Shown: positions 28,714 to 38,639 of the stretch, piece by piece
How positions within the stretch are numbered: position 1 is the stretch's first letter
Layout: every line of letters starts with the position of its first letter
Source: Vulcanimicrobiota bacterium
Lineage (GTDB): Bacteria > Vulcanimicrobiota > Xenobia > Xenobiales > JADMJV01
Reading direction: 5' to 3'
Assembly: GCA_050250895.1 (NCBI GenBank)
Contig: JBFWNU010000010.1
Span: forward strand, 32,001 to 96,000
DNA: 64,000 bases
The notes under the pieces: model-generated
What the model was told of the DNA's origin: nothing
The model's database searches: none
Seen by the model: the letters and a program-made list of their open reading frames with translations, nothing else
Program-made: the position numbers and the translations under genes

Positions 28714-30051
28714 GTGGAGTTGGAGGAGTTTCTACAATCCAATCTCGAGGCCGGTTGGCACGAGTCGACGGGTGTCTTTACTACCAATCTCGAGGCTCTC
28801 CATCGCAAGATGGGCGAGCAGTATAACGCCGATCCCACCTTCTACCTCAAAAAGCTGGTCCAGGTCGGCGTGAGTAGCCAGGCCCGCCGTATCCGCGTCT
28901 GGCCGGGAACTTTCTCCAGCACGGTCACCCTGGAGGAACCGGCTGGCCTATTTCCCCTCGCTCTAGAGTCGGTCCTCGACGGGTTGCTCGACCCCACCGC
29001 CCTCGAACCGGGGCCGTTGCGCCACCTGGTGATGGCCATCTTCTCGGCTCGGGCCAAGAACATCAAGTGGCTGGAGTGTCGCTGGAGCGACGGCGAAACC
29101 GCCCGGGCCCTGACCGTCACGCCCGACCAATGCAAGAGCTATGAGCTTCAGCACTCCAGCCGTCGCTTTCTCCACTTTCGCCGGGGTCATCGTCGGGCCA
29201 ACTTCTGGCAGAACTTCAACGACGCTTCCACCCACGAGACTCCCGACCTCGCCCACCGCTGTCAGTTCTCGCCGATCCCGGTCCAGTTGAGGAAATGGCC
29301 GGTCAAGCCGGGGCGGTGGGGTAGCTTCGACCTGCATGGCGACGAGGAGTGCCTGGCTGCCTTCACTTCGGTCGAGTCGTGGTCGGAGCATCGGGGGTTC
29401 CCGCCCTTTCCCAGGGCTCGCAGGGTGGTGGGAGAGGGGCCGGCCAGCAAGAGCCTGCGATGGCAGGTTTCTTTTTGCGGCCAACAACAGCGTGCGGGAC
29501 CCCCTACCAATATTTTGGTCTTTACCCACGACAATCCGGCTACCGTTCGTTTTATCCTCGACGGAGTACTCAGCGATTCTCGACCCTGGCCAGGGGGGCC
29601 GCCGGGCTTCGAGGGGGTGGTGGAGGGCGCCGGCCTGGCCACCGACCTGAGTGAGTTCGCCATGCTCGACAGCGATTCTCTAGCCGAACGACTCGAGCGA
29701 CTCGACCAGGACCTGGTTACCTTCGCTCGCGTGCTCGAGCCATACCTGGGCTCTCTCACACCGTCCCTCAAGACGCGCATCGGCGTCTGGCTCGGGGCCG
29801 CAGTCGTGGGATTCACTGCGACTGCTCTGTCGCCGTTCCTCATCGTTCCCAGCGGGTTGTTGGCCGCCTACGGATTCAGTCGCTTTGCCCGGAGCCAACT
29901 GGCCGACCGGATGCGCCAGGACCTGATGGACTCCAGGCTCGAGTCTCCGTCAAAGGTTTTCGACCAGTCTAACCATAGGCAACATGGTGGCTATAATCAA
30001 GACCGCGAAAATACACCCCATGACGAACAACGTCAGGGGTTCGGCCAGTGA
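28714..30051 (+). CDS. Hypothetical protein with possible degenerate GHKL/HSP90-like N-domain and C-terminal TM helices
   Basis: DPTFYLKKLVQVGV resembles the ELxxNxxDA helix region; two hydrophobic helices near the C-terminus; overlaps the convergent gene by 102 nt. Confidence 0.55.
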   Translation: MELEEFLQSNLEAGWHESTGVFTTNLEALHRKMGEQYNADPTFYLKKLVQVGVSSQARRIRVWPGTFSSTVTLEEPAGLFPLALESVLDGLLDPTALEPGPLRHLVMAIFSARAKNIKWLECRWSDGETARALTVTPDQCKSYELQHSSRRFLHFRRGHRRANFWQNFNDASTHETPDLAHRCQFSPIPVQLRKWPVKPGRWGSFDLHGDEECLAAFTSVESWSEHRGFPPFPRARRVVGEGPASKSLRWQVSFCGQQQRAGPPTNILVFTHDNPATVRFILDGVLSDSRPWPGGPPGFEGVVEGAGLATDLSEFAMLDSDSLAERLERLDQDLVTFARVLEPYLGSLTPSLKTRIGVWLGAAVVGFTATALSPFLIVPSGLLAAYGFSRFARSQLADRMRQDLMDSRLESPSKVFDQSNHRQHGGYNQDRENTPHDEQRQGFGQ

Positions 30052-30960
30052 AGTCAACACTTCGAGGCTATGCTCGACGGCTTGCTCGAAGGCCACCCCG
30101 GCCCGGAGCAGAATCTCGGACAGTTTGCCGCTCTCTTCGCCTACCGCCACCAGCGAGACCAGCAAAGGATCGACCACTGCCATGACCCCGAGCGCTTCGG
30201 AGACGGTGGCGCCGTCCTGCAGGGCCTGGGTGGCTCTGGCGATACCCTCCTCCCACAGGGGATTGGCGGTGGCTGCGGCGGCCAGCGGCAGGGCCTGCAG
30301 GGCAGGGACTCCGACCATCAGCTGCAGACCCAGAGCGTCGCAGAAGCGGGCTTGAGATACCTGGCGCACCACCGGGCCAACCACTGGCAGGCCGTCGAGC
30401 AAGCCAAAGACCTTCAGCCGAAACGAGGGCACCTGCCATAACTGGTGTGCGGTCCCGAGACCGGCCACTCCCAGGACTGCCAGGCCCACCACGAAGACCG
30501 GGTTGCGCAACAGCCCCGCCAGCTTGATCACCACCTGAGTCAGCAGCGGTGGAGGCTCGGGCGACGAGGCTAGAATCCCCAGCATTCCTTCGAGCACCAG
30601 CGGGGGCAAAATCAGCAGGGCGAGGGTCGCCACCACGAAGAGGATAGCCGGATAGGTCAGGCGCGAGCGCAGCCGGCCGCGCAAAGCCTCGTTTTTCTCG
30701 TCATAGTCGGCCAGGCGGTCGAGCAGTCTGACCAATCCCCCCGTCATTTCGCCAACCTTCAACAAAGCACGATGGAGCGGTCCGAAGAGATCCGGGTGGG
30801 AGGCGACGGTCGCCGAAAAGGTGTGTCCTTTTTGCAGCTGCAAAGCCATGGATTCGACCCGAGCTTGCTCGTTCTCAGGAAGCTGTTCGGCCAGAATGCC
30901 GAGCGCACGATGAAGAGGGATGCCGGCTCCTACCATCGTGGCCAGGGACCGCATCATCAC
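29950..30960 (-). CDS. Second type II secretion F / PilC-family protein
   Basis: LATMVGAGIPL..AL, VGEMTGGL, RLTYP, VGEESGKL and SLAEP motifs. Confidence 0.9.
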   Translation of the reverse strand: MMMRSLATMVGAGIPLHRALGILAEQLPENEQARVESMALQLQKGHTFSATVASHPDLFGPLHRALLKVGEMTGGLVRLLDRLADYDEKNEALRGRLRSRLTYPAILFVVATLALLILPPLVLEGMLGILASSPEPPPLLTQVVIKLAGLLRNPVFVVGLAVLGVAGLGTAHQLWQVPSFRLKVFGLLDGLPVVGPVVRQVSQARFCDALGLQLMVGVPALQALPLAAAATANPLWEEGIARATQALQDGATVSEALGVMAVVDPLLVSLVAVGEESGKLSEILLRAGVAFEQAVEHSLEVLTSLAEPLTLFVMGCIFAVLIIATMLPMVRLVENL

Positions 30961-31127
30961 CAGTCTCGCCTGTGGGCCGCTCAGTTGCCCAACCCAATTG
31001 CCCGAGTCAGCATTTGGACTTACTCCGACGAGACCTGTGCCCGCCCCTTCCCGGTCCGACGGCGGTTCCCCATTTCCACCCCTGGCCGCTCGCGGGAGAA
31101 TCCGAACGGGGAACGAAAAGTCGACCC

Positions 31128-32465
31128 ATGAAGAGATGGATTCTGCTTGCGCTTTTGCTGACTCTGGTCAGCTGGCCCGATACCCCACCCGCCGAACTGC
31201 TGGCCGCCTGGCCCGCCTCGCCGCCGACCGCCGACGGGACGAGACTGCAAGGCGAACTGGTGGTGCAGATGGTGGAGGGGGCGAGCTGGCGTCAGGCGCG
31301 CCAACTGGGGCTAGACCATCATCTTGAGGTCCACTACGCGTCGCCGCCGGCGGTGGCCTGGGGTTTGCTGGTCGTGCGCGTCGACGAGGGCCGGCTCGCG
31401 GCCACCATGGCCCGGCTCGAGGGCGATCCGCGAGTGTCGTCGGTCAGCCCCAATACCATCTATGCGGCGCTGGCCAACGAAGATCCGTTTCCCAATGACC
31501 CCCGCTATCAAGAACAGTGGCACATGCAGGCTATCGACGTCGAGAAGGCCTGGCAGACCACCCGAGGCAAGGGGGCGGTGGTGGCCGTGGTCGACACGGG
31601 CGTGGCCTATCGCGATTGGAAGAAGTTTCGCCAGGTCGAGGACCTCAAGCAGACCAGCTTTGCGGTCGGCTACGACTTCGTCAACCGGCGCCCCGAGGCC
31701 CTCGATGACAACGGGCACGGCACCCACGTGGCCGGGACGGTGGCTCAGTCGACCCACAACGGGGTGGGCGTGGCCGGGGTCGCCTTCGAAGCCACGATCA
31801 TGCCGGTCAAAGTGCTCAACGCCCGGGGCAGCGGCTCGTTGGCCGATGTCGCCAGCGGCATTCGTTTTGCGGCCGACCAGGGGGCAAACGTGGTCACCCT
31901 TTGTCTGGGCGCCCGAGGACGCGACCGGGTGCTTCACGAGGCTTGCATCTATGCGCGCGGCAAGGGGACGACCCTGGTGGCCGCGGCCGGCAACACCGGT
32001 GGGCGATCGGTCAATTTTCCGGCCGGCTTCGACGAGTGCCTGGCTATCGCGGCCACCGACCAAGACAATAACCTGGCCAGCTATAGCGCTCGGGGTCCAG
32101 AGGTCGACCTGGCCGGACCCGGCGGCGACCAGCGGCGTCACGGGACGAGCGGGGGGATTCTTCAGAACACCTTGCCACGCGACGGCCAGAACTATCTCTT
32201 CTATTCGGGCACCTCGATGGCTACCGCCCATGCCGGCGGGGTGGCCGCGCTGGTGGTCGCCTGTGGCGTAACCGAGCCTGCCCAGGTCGAAAAAGTGCTG
32301 CGCGGCAGTACCCGGCCGATCGATGACCCGGATGGCGGGGCCGGACTTCTCGACGCTGGTCGGGCCGTCGCCGCGGCTCGGCAGCAGGTTCGATTGCCCC
32401 TCTGGATGGGCTGGTGGATCTGTCTGGGTGTGTATGTCTATCAGCGTCGTCGCTCTAGAGGGTAG
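31128..32465 (+). CDS. Secreted S8 (subtilisin-like) serine peptidase
   Basis: Signal peptide MKRWILLALLL; intact VVDTG, HGTHVAG, AAAGN and SGTSMA motifs; C-terminal hydrophobic plus basic tail. Confidence 0.93.
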   Translation: MKRWILLALLLTLVSWPDTPPAELLAAWPASPPTADGTRLQGELVVQMVEGASWRQARQLGLDHHLEVHYASPPAVAWGLLVVRVDEGRLAATMARLEGDPRVSSVSPNTIYAALANEDPFPNDPRYQEQWHMQAIDVEKAWQTTRGKGAVVAVVDTGVAYRDWKKFRQVEDLKQTSFAVGYDFVNRRPEALDDNGHGTHVAGTVAQSTHNGVGVAGVAFEATIMPVKVLNARGSGSLADVASGIRFAADQGANVVTLCLGARGRDRVLHEACIYARGKGTTLVAAAGNTGGRSVNFPAGFDECLAIAATDQDNNLASYSARGPEVDLAGPGGDQRRHGTSGGILQNTLPRDGQNYLFYSGTSMATAHAGGVAALVVACGVTEPAQVEKVLRGSTRPIDDPDGGAGLLDAGRAVAAARQQVRLPLWMGWWICLGVYVYQRRRSRG

Positions 32466-32493
32466 GCGGTTAGGGGCACGAAGGGCATTGACC

Positions 32494-33309
32494 ATGCGCT
32501 GGGGACTCCTGTTTTGTTTACTGGTTTGTTGGGCCCTTCCGGCTGCGGCCGAATTGGCCGGGCGCAAGGTCGTGCTGGTGGTGACCAGGCACCGGCAAGA
32601 CCCCGACATGGTCAAGCTCGAGGAGTATCTTACCAATCTGCGGTCGGACCTCGGGCTGGGCCGGGCTCAGATGCCCCTGGTGTTCATGGGGTTCGAAGAT
32701 TCGTCAGCCGAAGCCGGCTATTTTCAGCGTCTGGGCTTTAAGAGTCAGGACGCTCCGGTAATGTGTGTGGCCGAATGGGGTGACCCCGAACGGTTCGGGC
32801 CTAAGCGGGTGGTTGACGAAGCCATCATGCGCCGGGTCGAGGCCGACGCAACCGGCGACATCGTGGGGGTGGTTCGCCAATGGCTCGAGATGGAGGGCTA
32901 TGCCGACAAGGTCTCGATGTTGCCGGTCACCGGTCCCACTCTCGAGCCCCAGGGCCGCCTGCAGGTCTCTGACCTGCGCTTCGAGGCCAATGGCAAGCCG
33001 TTGTTCTTGCTCAACGCTCGAGTCCGGCTCAAGAATGTCGGCGAACACGCCGTTACCGGGGTGAAGGTCGAGTTTCTATGCCGCACTCGAGGGACCGCCG
33101 GTTGGCGCTCGCTCGGGGTGCAAGAGATCGACCGCATCCCGGGTGGTTATGCTGTGGCCCGTGATCTGGTGGGGGATACCCGCCAGTTGGGTTTGCTGGA
33201 CGCGAATCAGGCTATCCAGCCCTGTGATTATAGAGTACGAGTGGTCTACGGTGATGAGAGCCTCATTGAGGAAGGCAGCTTTCAGCCGCGCGAACTACAG
33301 GACCAGTAA
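32494..33309 (+). CDS. Exported hypothetical protein with Ig/CARDB-like C-terminal part
   Basis: Signal peptide MRWGLLFCLL..PAAA; VRLKNVG..VKVEF segment; lies directly upstream of the ATPase gene. Confidence 0.7.
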   Translation: MRWGLLFCLLVCWALPAAAELAGRKVVLVVTRHRQDPDMVKLEEYLTNLRSDLGLGRAQMPLVFMGFEDSSAEAGYFQRLGFKSQDAPVMCVAEWGDPERFGPKRVVDEAIMRRVEADATGDIVGVVRQWLEMEGYADKVSMLPVTGPTLEPQGRLQVSDLRFEANGKPLFLLNARVRLKNVGEHAVTGVKVEFLCRTRGTAGWRSLGVQEIDRIPGGYAVARDLVGDTRQLGLLDANQAIQPCDYRVRVVYGDESLIEEGSFQPRELQDQ

Positions 33310-33318
33310 GGAAGGCCG

Positions 33319-36300
33319 TTGATGATGGTAGTTGAACCAAGTGGATTTAGCGAGAGACTATTGCTGGTGCTGACCAGTCGGGGTTTGCTCGATAGTGGCC
33401 AAGCCGAAGAGCTGTTAGAGGATTCTCGCAAGCGTCGCATCCTGGTGGAGCAGATTTTGATCGAGCGTCAACTGCTCAACCGCGTGCAACTCACCGACGC
33501 CCTGGCCGAGAGCTATGACCTGCCCCCCTTCCACCTGGGTCGCGCCCCCATCAACCCGCAAGCGGTCGCTCTGGTCCCGGCCGACAAGGCTATCGAGCAC
33601 CAGATCGTGCCGGTCGGTTTCGCTGGCGAGTCGCTGGTGCTGGCATCGTGCCAACCCGGCACGGATTTTGTTCGCTCCTTTCTAGAGGAGTTGACCGGTC
33701 GCAAGATCCGCTACGTGATTTCTGACCGGATTTCGCTGGGCCGAGCTCTGGCTCAATATCCCGGGCGCAAGCCGGCCACCACTCCCGTGGGCCGCGAGAC
33801 CAAGGATATGGTCGGCGACATGCCGATCCCCGAGGACTCTGGAGAGGAAGAAGCCGTCTCCATCTCTCAACCCGAGTGGCAGTCGGCCGAGGAGCCCGAG
33901 CCCGAGGTCGTCCCCGAGCCGGAGTTTGCAGCTGAACCCGAACCCGAGCCCGAACTCGAACTCGAACTCGAACCGATTGCGATGCCCGAGGAAGACTCCG
34001 AAGAGGTCATCGACTGGCCTGTTCGGCCCGTATTGCAAGAGCCTGAAGAGTCCCTTTCGTGGGAGCCGGAACCGTCGGCTGAACCCGAGCCCGACTTGAG
34101 TCTCGGCTCGTGGGAGGTGGATTCGGGCGAAGACCTTGGCGAACACGAGCTCGACCTCTCGTCGCTGGATAGGGATTTCTCGGACATCGACGCGATGCTG
34201 GCCGACGCTCCCGAGCTCGAGACTCCCGCCACCGAGCCCGAGCCTGCCCCCGAGCCGCCTTTCGAGCCCGAACCCGAGGCGGTCGAAGTCGCCAGCGACG
34301 AGCCCGCGTTTGCCGCCCCCAGCCGCCTGCGTCGCGAGAGCGCCTCGGGTCGACCGTTGTCGACACCGGCGGTGACGCTCGACGATTTCGCCCCCGAGCC
34401 GGTGCAGGCGCTGCCTGCCCTCGAGGAGGCGTCGCCCTTGCTGGCCGGTCGCTATGAACTCGGCGGTTCGCTGATGGAGTGTCGTTTCTCGACGCTATTC
34501 CAGGCTACCGACCGCGTGCTCAACCAACCGGTGGTGCTGCGTAAGCTCGAAGGCAGCTTTCCGTTTTTATCGGCTCAGGATGGGCAACAGCCGGTGCATC
34601 GCCAGGCTCGGCTGCAGATTCTACGGGAGGGCCGCACCCTCAATCGGCTACGCCACCGTAATCTGCCCCGAGTGATGGGCACCTTCGAAGCCGGCAACGA
34701 TGTTTATCTGGTGCTCGACGAAATCCGCGGCAAGAGCCTCAGCGAGATGATGGAGGCCAACCCGGGCCCCCTCCCCGTCGAGTTGCTGCGCCGCTACACC
34801 AAGCAACTTCTCGGCGTGCTGCGCTATCTGCACGAGGGAGACCCGCCCATCATTCATCGTGATCTGCGTCCCGACACGGTGCTGGTGACGCCGCACGGTC
34901 TGCTCAAAGTGGGCGAATTCGGGTTGGCCAAGATGCTCGAAGAAGGGGCCAAATCGACCGGCACCGCCTTCCGCTCCCACGGCGACCCCAGTTTCGCTGC
35001 CCCCGAGCAATTGATGGGAGATGCCAGCAACACTCGCAACGACCTCTATTCGGCCGGAACCATCCTTTACTACCTGGCCACCGGGGTCCGGCCTCCCGAT
35101 TCCAAGCAGCGACTTTACAACCAGGCCGCCATGCCGCCCCTGGCCGAGCTTCGGCCCGATTGTCCGCCAGAATTGTCTCAAGTGATCGAGGCTCTGGCCT
35201 GTCCCGATTCCGAAGGCCGCCCCGCCTCGGCTCGCCAGGCTCTCGAGATGCTCGACGATAAACCGCGCGTGACCAGTATGCCCAGCATCCTCATCGAGAT
35301 GGAGGAAGAAGCCGGCGCCATCGCTCCCACCGGCCGGGACGACGAGTTCGTCAACGAGAGCCCGAGTGAGCCCGAAGATGGCGAGGGTGATGATGCTCCC
35401 GAGCGCCGCTCCACCATCAAGAAGTTCTCGATGTGGCGCCTGCTATTCGGCAAGAAGGACGACGAGCATCTTCCCGAAGCGCAAAGCGCCCCGGCGGAGG
35501 CGCACATCGCCACCTTTCCCTTCGTCGACCTCAAGGAGATGCCCATCAGCCGCGAAGTGGGTACCACCCTTTCCGAGGGCCTGTGTCGCACTATCCAGGG
35601 AGTCTGCATCGGAAAGGTCAGCGACCGGGACATTACGGTGGCCTGCAAGGACCCCTCCGACGTCCACATCTATGACAACATCGCCATGTCCACCGGCAAT
35701 GCCTTTCAGACGACCCTGGTGCGGGCCGACAAGGGCATGATCGATCATGCGATCGAGTTCATCTTCCGCAGCGAACACCTCGGAGCCGACTCCAGTTGGG
35801 GTAAGTTCCTCGAGCAAAAGTCGCTCGATAGCGAAGTGCTCGAGACCATGAGTCAGAGCGCTGCCGTCAACTTCGGTGACGAAGCTCTTGAAGGGCCCAT
35901 CGTCGAGGCCGTCGACCGGCTCATCAAAGAGGCGATCTCGGCCGGGGCCAGCGACATTCATCTCGAGCCCTTCGAGACTGGAATGGACGTGCGTTATCGC
36001 ATTGACGGCGTGTTGCGCCAGGTGAATCGATTCTCGCCCAGCGACATGGGCGGGGTGGTCAAGCGTATCAAGGTGCTCGGCAACATGGACATCGCCCAGG
36101 AGCGGATCACTCAGGGCGGCCGCATCTCGCTGCGGGTCGGCACTCGTGAGTTCGACCTGCGCGTGAGTATCGTGCCGGTGCCGGTGGGCGAGAGCGTGGT
36201 CATGCGTGTGCTCAAGAAGGGCGCTTTCACCATGACCCTGAACGATCTCGGTTTTGAGCCGGCTCGCGAGAACAAGTTTCGCGAGATTCTCTCGCAGCCG

Positions 36301-37062
36301 TACGGCATGATCCTGGTCTGCGGTCCCACCGGTTCTGGTAAGAGTACTACGCTCTATGCCAGCCTCAAAGAGATCGCCCGGCCCGACCGCAAGCTGCTTA
36401 CCGTCGAGGACCCCATCGAGTACCAGATGCCAGGTATCATCCAGGTGCAGGTCAACAACGCGCCCAGGGAAGACGAGAAGAAGGTGACCTTCTCGAGGGC
36501 CCTGCGCGAGTTCTTGCGGCAGGACCCGGATGTCATCCTGGTGGGTGAGATTCGTGACCAGGAGACGGCCGAGATCGGTATCCAGGCTGCCCTCACCGGC
36601 CACTTGCTGCTCTCGACCATTCACACCAACGACTCGGTGGGTATCGTGGCCCGCCTGCGCGACATGCAGTGCGAACCGTTCTTGATCGGCTCGGTGCTCT
36701 TGGGCGGTTTGGCCCAACGTCTGGCCCGTCGCATCTGCCCGCACTGCCGCGAAGAGGTGGCCGTGCCGATCGAGTTCGTCGAACTCTTCCACAAGGAAGG
36801 CTACAGCCATCCCAAGATGTTCCGCGGTCGCGGCTGCCGCGATTGCCACCAGACCGGCTCGCGAGGCCGGGTGGGTCTCTATGAGTTGCTTGAGGTGACC
36901 CCCGAGATCCGAGCTTTGATCAACCGCTCGGCCCTCGAGGAAGAGATCCGTCAGGTCGCCCTGGCCCAGGGCTTCAAGCCGCTCTTGAGCGACGGTATCG
37001 AGAAGGTCCAGCGCGGAGAGGTGTCTCTAGAAGAGGTCCTGCGCGTGTGTAAGACGGTCTAG
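33319..37062 (+). CDS. GspE/PilB-family secretion ATPase fused with a Ser/Thr kinase-like domain
   Basis: N-terminal MshEN/T2SSE_N-like domain; kinase fold (HRDLRPD, EFG, APEQ); ASDIHLEP, Walker A GPTGSGKS, TVEDPIEY, RQDPDVILVGEIRD, TGHLLLSTIH and CPHC..CRDC motifs. Confidence 0.93.
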   Translation: MMMVVEPSGFSERLLLVLTSRGLLDSGQAEELLEDSRKRRILVEQILIERQLLNRVQLTDALAESYDLPPFHLGRAPINPQAVALVPADKAIEHQIVPVGFAGESLVLASCQPGTDFVRSFLEELTGRKIRYVISDRISLGRALAQYPGRKPATTPVGRETKDMVGDMPIPEDSGEEEAVSISQPEWQSAEEPEPEVVPEPEFAAEPEPEPELELELEPIAMPEEDSEEVIDWPVRPVLQEPEESLSWEPEPSAEPEPDLSLGSWEVDSGEDLGEHELDLSSLDRDFSDIDAMLADAPELETPATEPEPAPEPPFEPEPEAVEVASDEPAFAAPSRLRRESASGRPLSTPAVTLDDFAPEPVQALPALEEASPLLAGRYELGGSLMECRFSTLFQATDRVLNQPVVLRKLEGSFPFLSAQDGQQPVHRQARLQILREGRTLNRLRHRNLPRVMGTFEAGNDVYLVLDEIRGKSLSEMMEANPGPLPVELLRRYTKQLLGVLRYLHEGDPPIIHRDLRPDTVLVTPHGLLKVGEFGLAKMLEEGAKSTGTAFRSHGDPSFAAPEQLMGDASNTRNDLYSAGTILYYLATGVRPPDSKQRLYNQAAMPPLAELRPDCPPELSQVIEALACPDSEGRPASARQALEMLDDKPRVTSMPSILIEMEEEAGAIAPTGRDDEFVNESPSEPEDGEGDDAPERRSTIKKFSMWRLLFGKKDDEHLPEAQSAPAEAHIATFPFVDLKEMPISREVGTTLSEGLCRTIQGVCIGKVSDRDITVACKDPSDVHIYDNIAMSTGNAFQTTLVRADKGMIDHAIEFIFRSEHLGADSSWGKFLEQKSLDSEVLETMSQSAAVNFGDEALEGPIVEAVDRLIKEAISAGASDIHLEPFETGMDVRYRIDGVLRQVNRFSPSDMGGVVKRIKVLGNMDIAQERITQGGRISLRVGTREFDLRVSIVPVPVGESVVMRVLKKGAFTMTLNDLGFEPARENKFREILSQPYGMILVCGPTGSGKSTTLYASLKEIARPDRKLLTVEDPIEYQMPGIIQVQVNNAPREDEKKVTFSRALREFLRQDPDVILVGEIRDQETAEIGIQAALTGHLLLSTIHTNDSVGIVARLRDMQCEPFLIGSVLLGGLAQRLARRICPHCREEVAVPIEFVELFHKEGYSHPKMFRGRGCRDCHQTGSRGRVGLYELLEVTPEIRALINRSALEEEIRQVALAQGFKPLLSDGIEKVQRGEVSLEEVLRVCKTV

Positions 37063-38576
37063 CGGCCTTCGAAATAGGCTTGATATTTGGTCCACGAGTA
37101 GCGGGCTACCTGGCGACCCAACTCGAGGCCGGCGCGGTTGTCGGCCTGGATGTGATAGCCTCCCAGGACCCTCGAGATGCCGGCCATTTCGGCCGTTTTC
37201 GAGAAGGTCGGCATGCGCAGGGCCACCTCGCAACTGAGGTCGTCGGCCGCCGCCTGGGCATCGGTCTGCTGGATTTGGGCGCAGGTAAAGCCTTCTTCGG
37301 TCAGGCTGCCAGCGGTGCGTTCGGCTACGAACTGATAGCGGTCGCTACCGGTGAAAAGTTTGAGCATCTCGGCGCAGGCCCCGCTGACGGTACTATGGCC
37401 CGAGGTGTAGCCGGGAAAAGGCGGGGTGACGAAAGTGGCCGGCGAGTAAGGGTGCCACTCCTCGGCCGGGATCTCTTTGACCCCCTGCCCGGGGCCGGCC
37501 CAGCCACGGATCTGCTGGCCTTTGTAGTAGTGACGGATCAGCGTCCAGGGGCGCGAGCTATCATAGTAGCGCTTGGCGTCCCACGAGGCGATGAAAGCAT
37601 CCATGGCGGTGTTGCCCACACAAAAGAACAGCTTCACGTCCTGGTCCAGGTTATGATGGTCGCGGCGCGACACATCCTGAGCAAAGCGTAGCCAATGACC
37701 CGACTGGGCGGTCGACCGCGGCCCGTCGCGCATGAATTCGACCAGAGCCTTCTCTTCGACGGTAAGATTGGCGTTCATGTGGATGCATTCGTCCACCTCG
37801 CGCTTGAGCTCATCAGAGCCCACTCGGGGCGGCGGTCCGGGGCGAAACTGATCGGCCCGTTCGAGGGCCAGCGGGCGGACCCGATACCAGTGGGGCGTGA
37901 GAAAGCCGGGATAGAAATAGCCGCCTTTACCGTCGGAGAAGGGTAGCGGCTGCCAGCAATCGGGGTCGAGGATGCGGTCGGTGGGATTGACCGGCCGGTA
38001 CATGGTGTAGTCTGAATACGGCTTGCCGTTGCTGCCCAGCTCGTCGCCCAGCTGGTTGGCGCCGTCATGGTGGCGGTAATCCAGCACCGCCAGGGCGGCT
38101 CGGTTGCCAATTCCTACCGGTGTCGCCGGGTCGAGGTCGGCGTCGTCGGGGTCGAACCCGCGCTCGACCATCTGGCTACGGATGTAATCAGAGGAAGAGG
38201 GAAACTGATCGAGCAGGGTCCGATAGGTCGCATAGGCGATGGCCCTCTCCTTGTTGGCCTGGGTGCGCTCGAGCGAGGGACGCCGCAGGGTCGGGTCAAG
38301 CCGGGTGGGTCTGGCTCTCTCGTCATAGAGCGCCCAGGCGTCGTAGGCTGCCGTCAGAGGAATGGCCATCTGGCGGGACAGGATGGTGGGACGGGCGCCG
38401 AAACGCTCGACATCCCGGGCCGACACCTCGAGGATGGTGTCGAGCCACAGATAAGCCGCCGACACCCGGGACTTGTCGATCCGGCCCGGAGAGTGCTTTT
38501 GAAAGGGCGAAGCGGGCGCTGCCCCGACCGGAGTCAGCAGACCCAGCAACAAGCCCAGTAGTAAGAAACGGTCCAT
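37059..38576 (-). CDS. Exported vanadium-haloperoxidase/PAP2-superfamily protein
   Basis: WDAKRYYDSSRP, TPPFPGYTSGHS and SRVLGGYH motifs; signal peptide MDRFLLLGLLLG. Confidence 0.85.
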   Translation of the reverse strand: MDRFLLLGLLLGLLTPVGAAPASPFQKHSPGRIDKSRVSAAYLWLDTILEVSARDVERFGARPTILSRQMAIPLTAAYDAWALYDERARPTRLDPTLRRPSLERTQANKERAIAYATYRTLLDQFPSSSDYIRSQMVERGFDPDDADLDPATPVGIGNRAALAVLDYRHHDGANQLGDELGSNGKPYSDYTMYRPVNPTDRILDPDCWQPLPFSDGKGGYFYPGFLTPHWYRVRPLALERADQFRPGPPPRVGSDELKREVDECIHMNANLTVEEKALVEFMRDGPRSTAQSGHWLRFAQDVSRRDHHNLDQDVKLFFCVGNTAMDAFIASWDAKRYYDSSRPWTLIRHYYKGQQIRGWAGPGQGVKEIPAEEWHPYSPATFVTPPFPGYTSGHSTVSGACAEMLKLFTGSDRYQFVAERTAGSLTEEGFTCAQIQQTDAQAAADDLSCEVALRMPTFSKTAEMAGISRVLGGYHIQADNRAGLELGRQVARYSWTKYQAYFEGR

Positions 38577-38639
38577 CACACGACCCCCTTGAGCAGGCTC
38601 TTTCTTGATCTTGGGCCAAAATTCTTGTAAGACCGTCTC

